DNA from: Epithemia pelagica
Lineage: Eukaryota; Protista; Bacillariophyta
Assembly: GCA_946965045.2 (NCBI GenBank)
Contig: OX337241.1
Location: 2,666,001-2,730,000 of the forward strand
Direction: 5' to 3'
Length of the DNA: 64,000 nucleotides
Under the pieces are notes generated by a model, which did no database searches, was not told the DNA's origin, and saw only the letters and a list, made by a program, of their open reading frames with translations. Below, one piece after another: positions 57,401-64,000 of this stretch; the stretch's first letter is position 1; every line of letters begins with the position of its first letter. The position numbers were made by a program, and so were the translations under genes.

Positions 57401-60109
57401 TTGAACCATACGTCATCACCCACCCATTCCGGTCGCACTCCTCTTGAGGCTCTCTCCGGACGCCCACCCGACATTACTCATCTCTTGTTCTTTCCTTTCT
57501 GGGATGAGGTTTACTACCGTGTCGACCCCGCTGAACCCAATTCTGGTTCATATCCATCTTCTTCTGATGAGAAACTTGGCCACTGGGTTGGTTTTGCTCA
57601 CAACGTTGGTGATTCTTTTACTTGGAAGATTCTCACCCAGGATAACCAGATAATCTACCGTTCTGCCGTTCGCCGTGTTGAATCCACTACACCTAACCTA
57701 CGTGTGGATCGACCTTCAGGGGAGGATTCGTCTGAGAAGGATGACAATGATAAGCAAGCTGACACTGTCTTCATTCGCAGTGATAGTGAAGATCCATCCA
57801 AACCAATGCCCACGATCGATTTTGACGACATGATAGGACGCACATTCCTATGCGACACAGAAGAAAATGGGGAGCGACACCGTGCACGTGTCATCAAACG
57901 AGTCATTGATCTTAATGAAGAAGCAACGAAACAGGAAGAACGTGTCAAGTACATCTACCGAAAGACAAATTCTGATGTTGATGAGATGATATCCTATAAT
58001 CAACTCATGGAGTATATCGAACGAGATAACCAAGCTCAAACCTCTGGAGATAATCTTTTCAGGTTCAGGGACGTCATTGCCCATCAAGGCCCACTGAGCA
58101 CAACTGATCCAGATTACAAGGGGAGCAAATATAATTTGCTTGTTGATTGGGAAACTGGGGAGACTACCTATGAACCTTTATCACTCATCGCCAATGATGA
58201 TCCGATCACTGTAGCAATTTATGGAAAGAAACATGATTTACTCAACGAACCTGGATGGAAGCATTTGAAACGTTATGTCAAAACAAGCAAACGTCTCATT
58301 CGAGCAGCCAAACAGTCAAGGATTAAACAAGTTCACCATTCCGTCAAGTATAAGTTTGGATTCCAAGTACCACGCAATTATGAGGAAGCTGTCGCTCTTG
58401 ATAAACAACATGGCAACACAAAGTGGCAGGATGCAACAGAATTAGAATTGTCACAGATCCAGTCCTACAAGACATTCAAGGATTTTGGGAAAGCCATCTT
58501 CATTAAAGGGAAAGTATCCAATGCACCTGAAGGATATCATAAGATACGTGTACATCTTGTCTTTGACGTAAAACATGATGGACGACATAAAGCAAGACTT
58601 GTCGCAGATGGACATCTCACAAAAGAACCTGTTGAGACAATCTATTCAGGTATTGTTTCCATTCGCAACCTCCGCATTGCCTTATTCCTGGGTACTTTGA
58701 ATGACTTGGAAATATGGGGAGCAGATATTGGAAACGCATATCTGGAAGCCTTGACAGGGGAGAAAATTTTCACTGTCGCAGGACCTGAATTCAAGGAATT
58801 AGAAGGTCACATCCTGATTATATACAAGGCACTTTATGGATTGAAGTCATCAGGCGCACGCTGGCATGATGTCTTATTCGATGTTTTGACAGACATGGGA
58901 TTTTCACCAAGCAAAGCAGATCCGGATATCTGGATGAGGAAAGCACCTGGAGAAGACTGTTACGAATACATTGCCGTATACGTTGATGACTTAGCCATTA
59001 TTTCTACTGATCCTGGGAATATCTGCAAGATCCTGAAGGAGAAATACAACTTCAAACTCAAAGGAGATGGACCTATTGATTTCCACTTGGGATGTTGTTA
59101 CACCAAGGATTCTGATGGAACATTAGTAGCAGATCCAAGACGCTACATTGGTAAGATGATGGACACTTTCGAACGAATCTTCAAGGAGAAACCCAAGAAA
59201 GCCAAAACACCTCTTATTGGTGGAGACCATCCTGAATTGGATGATTCTGAGCTCCTTGATGAAGAAGGTACTAGCCATTTCCAAACTCTGATTGGACAAC
59301 TCCAATGGGTGATCACTATTGGTCGTTTCGATGTCTTCACCGCTACAATGACGCTATCACACTTTCGTGCTGCTCCGAGGAAAGGACATCTTGATAGAGC
59401 CAAGCGTATCTATGGATACCTTGCACATCTCCCAGAAGGCGCAATCAGATTTAGGATTGGAGAGCCTGATTATTCAAGTCTTCCTACCCAAGAATTTGAT
59501 TGGACTCGCACTGTCTATTCGAATGCAAGTGAACGTACTCCCGAAGACTGCCCAACACCTCTTGGTCGCTATGTTACCACAACTCATTATGTTGATGCCA
59601 ATCTCATGCATGACATAGTCACTGGTAAATCCGTCACTGCTGTTCTACATTTGTTGAACGGAACACCTATTGATTGGTACAGCAAGAGACAGAGCACGGT
59701 GGAAACTGCTACCTATCGATCCAAGTTTGTGGCTGCAAGGACAGCAATAGATCAGATTACAGAATTACGACATTCTCTCCGCTACCTTGGAGTACCTATC
59801 CGAGAGCGAAGTTACATGTACGGAGATAACAGATCTGTTGTGCTCAATGCAACCGTTCCTCATTCCATACTATCCAAGAGACACCATCTTCTGTCATACC
59901 ACCGAGTTCGTGAAGCCATCGCAGCAAAGTATGTTGCATTCTACTGGAAAGATGGAAAGACCAACCCTGCCGATTTCCTTAGCAAACATTGGGATTTCGT
60001 ATCTATTTGGCCCATGCTCAAGCCATTGTTGTTTTGGAAAGGAGAAGTTCAAGACCTCAACAAATCCAATGATGACAAGGCTGAAACAACGAGTTGTGGG
60101 GAGTGTTAG
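54422..60109 (+). CDS. Gag-Pol polyprotein, 1895 aa (PR, IN, RT, RNase H)
   Basis: PR LIDRGANG; IN ATDSVFSD..LISDGG..AENRYQ; RT ADIGNAYL..YVDDL; RNase H YVDANL..YGDN..NPADFLSK. Confidence 0.96.
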   Translation: MDPQSPKTPTTPKGEDNQDNVSDTDLFDHIIFTVCQFFTKERADYLMKWMKYHGFENITHVISYMQTNTEESMKELTQYKVNKQTHDLQGPTRQQIKLLAYWAIYKTNEIQDELSNSDWMNLTRKEFNTWRINTDFSKGPPSQVPVSPMKSPSSVKSVSTVTAASQSQQDLTAFRKGTKRDATAYEIFKDERYYDSFWRVFKTTAKAQGLSNVLNFKYTPPHDDEYAEELFQEQQVFLYSVLVRIIQTDQGRAYVRENEHDEDARALLQKLHSLHTESDLAKREVLRLTNYISNLRLDDAWRGTTRQFLLHFQEQLRLLDNLVTLSDRIPDHTRMTFLMQAVEKVPDLRRVKILDNVVNTKSGAKSLCYQSYFRLLLDAAYDHDQATQSSVHSRRRHVKQRESLYGQDTDADITSQDDMEYHVHNTTATSESPSSSSKVSLPRDLWFKLSEEDRKLIIEYNKMIQAPSSTTPRKVQTHALDIDPEPDPDPNQVASDDDSPGVVPEHPDDSDPVTQFINQAMTTDINHPATDLTSVLSNAKSKTSKKVTFKANMHKQAGHVPRYLFSRKSTLPGNQLIDRGANGELAGSDMRILSKTGRHITIVGIDNHELTGLPVVTCAAKFETNDGPIVGIFNEYAYYGKGLSIHAPGQFEHFGLAVDERSVKVDGKQRITTLDGRAIPLHIKDGLAYIHSLGIPSNDDMDTLPQIIFTSPDTWDPGVLDHSYSPTPSDNDADWKHVKTDGSMSNHPYDNYGEYTDRVVCNLNLLLDLPYDHGPDDAPFFSIYADAEGNDPTLHASVHRRYQEAYDWKKFRPFFGWQSEDVIADTFKHTTRNGSITFDHDTLKKHFKARNPVLNIPRRHEPVATDSVFSDTPAVDHGGKVAQIFVGRDTLVTDIYGIKSTKQFVNTLQDNIRFRGAMETLISDGGSSLISQKVKDILRTLLIGEYRSEPYHQHQNKAENRYQTVKRMTNALMNATGCPANTWLLCLEYVCDLLNHTSSPTHSGRTPLEALSGRPPDITHLLFFPFWDEVYYRVDPAEPNSGSYPSSSDEKLGHWVGFAHNVGDSFTWKILTQDNQIIYRSAVRRVESTTPNLRVDRPSGEDSSEKDDNDKQADTVFIRSDSEDPSKPMPTIDFDDMIGRTFLCDTEENGERHRARVIKRVIDLNEEATKQEERVKYIYRKTNSDVDEMISYNQLMEYIERDNQAQTSGDNLFRFRDVIAHQGPLSTTDPDYKGSKYNLLVDWETGETTYEPLSLIANDDPITVAIYGKKHDLLNEPGWKHLKRYVKTSKRLIRAAKQSRIKQVHHSVKYKFGFQVPRNYEEAVALDKQHGNTKWQDATELELSQIQSYKTFKDFGKAIFIKGKVSNAPEGYHKIRVHLVFDVKHDGRHKARLVADGHLTKEPVETIYSGIVSIRNLRIALFLGTLNDLEIWGADIGNAYLEALTGEKIFTVAGPEFKELEGHILIIYKALYGLKSSGARWHDVLFDVLTDMGFSPSKADPDIWMRKAPGEDCYEYIAVYVDDLAIISTDPGNICKILKEKYNFKLKGDGPIDFHLGCCYTKDSDGTLVADPRRYIGKMMDTFERIFKEKPKKAKTPLIGGDHPELDDSELLDEEGTSHFQTLIGQLQWVITIGRFDVFTATMTLSHFRAAPRKGHLDRAKRIYGYLAHLPEGAIRFRIGEPDYSSLPTQEFDWTRTVYSNASERTPEDCPTPLGRYVTTTHYVDANLMHDIVTGKSVTAVLHLLNGTPIDWYSKRQSTVETATYRSKFVAARTAIDQITELRHSLRYLGVPIRERSYMYGDNRSVVLNATVPHSILSKRHHLLSYHRVREAIAAKYVAFYWKDGKTNPADFLSKHWDFVSIWPMLKPLLFWKGEVQDLNKSNDDKAETTSCGEC

Positions 60110-60886
60110 AATTCTCACCGTCTATGGTGGTTAGATTCTACATCTCATCGATTCCCCATGTCACATAGCCTCGTGCTATCGCATCATGCCATCTAGCTTC
60201 GAGCTATGTTCCCTAGCTTCGCGCTATATCGACCTATATTTCTTCGCAAATCATGAAAAGTGAGAATAGATTGACGAACTCACTCTCAAGACTAAACTGG
60301 GTCGTGCGGTATTACAACGGACGTAAATTTGGCCGTTGCTCGGACATTATACTAACGCCCTAAGCGTACGCGCCCGAAATCATCGAGCGCGCCCAAGCGA
60401 CATCCGAGCGCTGTCAGCATCTATCCGACCCGACGGTCTAAGTATCCCAAGCACGATACACGATCACGCGAGACCATATTTCCATTCCCACAATCTCCAA
60501 ATTGTCAACAAGCTGCGCGCCATGAAAACAACTATGCCAACCCAAAGCAAGAGCTGTTGACCCTGTATATGTTATCCGTCCACATATACATGTCATATAC
60601 ATCACATGAATCGACTCCAACTATTCCAAACCTGTTGCCGCCAAGAACCTATGACACATGACCCTTGGCAGGACCGAACATTTCACGTAGACCTATCGTA
60701 GTAATCAACATACAATCTAACAATATCACCATTTATCACATCTTCTTTTGTATCCCGACTATCCTTCTGATAGACTTCGACTTGCTTGCTTCTCTGACCC
60801 TGAGAAGCTTGTATTGGTTGGTGACCTACCTGATTGTCTGCTCTACCGAGCATCAATGTCCCTACGATTCAGAAAGAATTGTAACA
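60104..60886 (+). repeat. 3' LTR of element 2
   Basis: Offset 7601 bp from the 5' LTR; follows the PPT. Confidence 0.95.
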
Positions 60887-61006
60887 GATTAACAGTCTCA
60901 AAGCTTATTTCCCTGTGGTTTCATGGATACTAACGAGCTTATCACTCCTGTACGACAGATCTATCGAGCCAAACTGCATCCCGGGCAGCCCGATACCCTG
61001 GTGCAG
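60887..61006 (+). mobile_element. Second PBS, leader and first 28 codons of ORF0 after the 3' LTR (start of a truncated tandem unit)
   Basis: Matches 53286..53405, then joins host sequence at CAG followed by cagtaaagtttgcc x2. Confidence 0.92.
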
Positions 61007-61117
61007 TAAAGTTTGCCCAGTAAAGTTTGCCCAGAAAGTGTCTTTTGGAAGAAGCAAGAAGTGGTTTGCGATCCAAGTCTGTCGTTCCCGTGCCACAAAA
61101 ATCATTCGAACGTAGCC

Positions 61118-62276
61118 ATGTCGAATGAAGAGGCCCCAGCCGATGCCGTCGCTTCCACACTTTCAGACATGAATGAGGCGCTCCGTACTCTTACGACGAA
61201 AATACAAGACGATTTTGCCACTATTCGAGCCACAATGGCGACCAAAGACGATTTTGCCTCTATTCGAGCCACAATGGCGACCAAAGACGATTTTGCCAAT
61301 ATGCAAGACACATTGGCCACTAAAGGAGATGTCACCACCATAACCGAGAAACTGGACCGCCTTTTGCTGGCCACTCCTGCTGCTGCCATCCCGGGGGGTG
61401 GTTTTGTTTATCCCCGCCCTTTGCCCCGGTTGCGAAAGAGGGAGGTCGGGGGACGTTTTGAAACACCGCTCGAGTGAAGACAGCCAATATAGCTACCATG
61501 TAGTGACCTGTGCACACTGTCTACTGCGACACTGGTTTCACGAAAGGCAAGCCGACGACACTGCCAATTCTGTGTTTGTTCAAATGCCGAAGCAAATTGT
61601 GGATGTTGCTCGACAAGTTGGTTTTGTTTTTGGGGAAGATGACAAACTGCGAGACTTTGTGGCATTCGAAGTCAACCTTGACGGTGTAAATCCACTGGGG
61701 TTAAACAAGGAAGATGCCCTTGATTGGCCCGATAGCAACCAAGGGACTGTCAATCTCAGTCTTCCAAGTTCCACAGCGGGACATTCTAAAAGTGGACCCG
61801 TTCAAGGGCAAAACGTTGTCCATGGAGAAGATGGGAACTTCTATTTTTCTGCCGAAACCAGAGAGAAAGGCAACGGCGGTACTGTCATGCTTTTGACAAA
61901 CATGGCAGTGATAGAAAAGAATCAAGTGTCTGTCATTGGACTCTTCAAGGGGACGAAAGCCACTAGAACTTCCGGAGCATATGAAGAAAGAGGTGTTATT
62001 GTTCCATTTCCCAATTTCAGTGATGTTGTGTTTGGGGATTTGCAACCGAAAGCGAAGTTGCCCAATCAACTGAGCTGTACGTGGGCAGCGACCGACGCAG
62101 AACGAGCCCACCTTAACAAAAGACCAGAAGCTGAAAATGAAGAAAGCACAAACGACAATGAAAAGGAGAATGACCACGACCACTACAACTCGAGCCTAGT
62201 TCGCCAAGCGACGTTCGCGTCAAGAACCTTCCACCAAAATATGGTTGCTACCATGCACATGACCCCCGGGTATTAG
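61118..62276 (+). pseudogene. Family A copy A3: frameshifted, with the putative catalytic Ser replaced by Gly
   Basis: MATKDDFASIRAT repeats are in the first frame and VTCAHCL / LRDFVAF in a second. Indels at ~61405-61460 total about -17 nt versus A2; REKGNGG replaces ERGNSG. Confidence 0.85.
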
Positions 62277-62393
62277 TGCTTATGATGGGGGCTGTGCAAT
62301 GGCCATAACCAGCGTCCAGGGAATGTATGGTGCTGCGGGCACTTCCCGCTTGTCTACTTCCGGAGTCTCTAAATGGCAATTGCCTCTAATGAT

Positions 62394-63800
62394 TTATTGA
62401 TTCTCGTCTTTCAGTGTTTGGGAATATTCAGCAAGCCACGAACGAATGATTGCCGTATAGCGGTCATATTCATCGTGTACCTTTTTGGGAGCCTTCTGGT
62501 TACACGACAAGTAAATCTGCGTCCATTTTCCAGATGGAATTTTGCCGTTTATCATGTTCAAGGGTTGGTCAAAAGTGTACATACCCAGCGCGTAGGGTTT
62601 GTCGGTGTCAGACTCCTCGTAGTACGCCACAAGGAGGCACTTTCCGGAATTGACTTTGTCCGCGTACATTGCAGCGCAATTCTTCAAAGCAATTCCCATG
62701 GCTGCGATTGCATGGGATGTTCGCAGAACCCTGCACTTGCCGGAGTCAGAAAGCTGAAGCAAATGATCATACCTGACTAATGCTTTATGGTTCAGCTGCG
62801 CTTGAATAGCCCGATCCCGAATGTAGTTAACCAGCTGACGGACATTCAGACTCTCCCAGTGTTCCGGCCAAGCTTCGTTGTACTCTAGTTCATCAATGGA
62901 ACCAAGGTTTTTTAACCATTCGGTGTAGTACTTGATGAGGTGCTGACGCGGAGGGCTGTCCTCTGGGGACTGCAGGATTCTCTCAATTTGTTTCCACTCG
63001 TGGGTATTGGCGGTGGGGAAATATGCTTGTATTCGCAGAGAGGTTGGGTGAGGAAACCAGTATGGACTTTCACCTTTCGTGCCAGCACAGATTCCTCGAT
63101 TGATGTCGCGGCGAATAATATCGAGGCAATCACAACCACGTTCCCGATCTTGGTCCAGAAGAGACTGTTTTAGCCCTGTGGTTCTGGCTATTCTTTCCAA
63201 AAGTCGAGCCGGTGCATCGAACGACTCGTGCACCAAGAGGCGATGAATTAGATCTCCTTTTTTCATGCCTGAAGCCTTGGCACCAATCTCTTTCGAAATT
63301 TTCTTCAAATTTACAGCAGTTATGTAGAAGTCGACCATGCTAAACCAAAAATCCGCTTTCCGGCTTGCTACCCAGTTGCGATAGGTTTCCTCAATGTCGA
63401 AAGAGCCGAGGCCACTGATGAAGAGGTCCTCGCCTCGACTGTATTGCCGCCACTCTTTCAGATGGCAAGACTGGATATTACTTATTTGCATTTCCAAGCA
63501 TACCCGAGGAATGCCACATATCTTCTCCAGCGTGCTGAGCACTTGTTGGTCCTCCTTGTCCACCAGATGATGGACGGGCACAATTGCCTGGTAAAGATCC
63601 GGGGAACTCCAAGGTGGCAGAGCGTGCTCGATGGCATCATCCAGTAGTAAAGTCCGGGGCGACAGTTTGCTCGACGCCGGTGAAGTCTGCGACTGCGACG
63701 CAGCTGAGCTACTAGACAGTGGCCTTAATAATGCGGATACCCTTGTCGCCCGAAAGGAGAGCCCTGCACACGAAGATCGATGCCAAACAAAGGCAGCCAT
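62394..63800 (-). CDS. Family B copy B2 (intact): probable mitochondrial presequence, SAP-like motif and PcfJ-like C-terminal domain
   Basis: MAAFVWHRSSCAGLSFRATRVSALLRPLSSSS has no acidic residue in the first ~53 aa. SAP-like TAVNLKKISKEIGAKASGMKKGDLIHRLL. PcfJ-like AMGIALKNCAAMYADKVNSGKCLLV...WTQIYLSCNQ. The upstream ATG at 63935 is in frame here but not in B1. Confidence 0.8.
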   Translation of the reverse strand: MAAFVWHRSSCAGLSFRATRVSALLRPLSSSSAASQSQTSPASSKLSPRTLLLDDAIEHALPPWSSPDLYQAIVPVHHLVDKEDQQVLSTLEKICGIPRVCLEMQISNIQSCHLKEWRQYSRGEDLFISGLGSFDIEETYRNWVASRKADFWFSMVDFYITAVNLKKISKEIGAKASGMKKGDLIHRLLVHESFDAPARLLERIARTTGLKQSLLDQDRERGCDCLDIIRRDINRGICAGTKGESPYWFPHPTSLRIQAYFPTANTHEWKQIERILQSPEDSPPRQHLIKYYTEWLKNLGSIDELEYNEAWPEHWESLNVRQLVNYIRDRAIQAQLNHKALVRYDHLLQLSDSGKCRVLRTSHAIAAMGIALKNCAAMYADKVNSGKCLLVAYYEESDTDKPYALGMYTFDQPLNMINGKIPSGKWTQIYLSCNQKAPKKVHDEYDRYTAIIRSWLAEYSQTLKDENQ

Positions 63801-64000
63801 GGCTTTCCATTTATCCGGCAAGATGACTTTGGTCTGCAAGATTACTCGAAAACCTGAAAAAGACACGGTTACTTCAAAACCTGAGATGTGCCCCGCATAA
63901 AAATTGTGCGCGCAGGCTGGGTATTGAGGCGGCATGGCGTGTTAGCGATACACCCCATCATCCACTCATCGACCAAAATGTACTCACTTTTTGTAGCTTC

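Larger units (their letters stand above)
52503..60886 (+). mobile_element. Ty1/Copia (CoDi-type) LTR retrotransposon 2, full length, with an extra 5' ORF
   Basis: 783-bp LTRs (TGTTA...TAACA) at 52503..53285 and 60104..60886, PBS, PPT, and a gag-PR-IN-RT-RH ORF in Copia order. No TSD found. Confidence 0.97.

Overview
Eukaryotic genomic DNA, most likely a pennate diatom. The evidence is short GT-AG introns, a FAD2 closely resembling Phaeodactylum FAD2, DUF6824 genes, diatom-type Copia elements and poly-Q/T/S tracts. The left ~40 kb is ordinary gene-rich sequence. It holds a CDP-DAG synthase, a delta-12 desaturase, a 14-exon ABCA transporter, one intact and one pseudogenised DUF6824 gene, a degenerate 2OG-Fe(II)-like protein, AIM24, a frameshifted GNAT, a Myb/SANT-like gene with an inverted paralogue at the window start, and a 424-bp foldback MITE. 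It also holds a spliced Selenoprotein-S-like gene with an in-frame UGA and a candidate SECIS, which the ORF track misses. The right ~24 kb is a duplicated accessory region built from two gene families. Family A is a MATKED coiled coil plus trypsin-like protease (3 copies, 1 intact). Family B has a probable mitochondrial presequence, a SAP-like motif and a PcfJ-like domain (2 copies, 1 intact). Two related Ty1/Copia elements sit inside this region. Both have a primer-binding site matching a tRNA-Asn anticodon arm rather than a CCA end. One carries an extra 259-aa upstream ORF and lacks a target-site duplication. The other is internally deleted but still open for 1417 codons and splits gene B with a 5-bp TSD. 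All family assignments are by eye from motifs; no searches were run.
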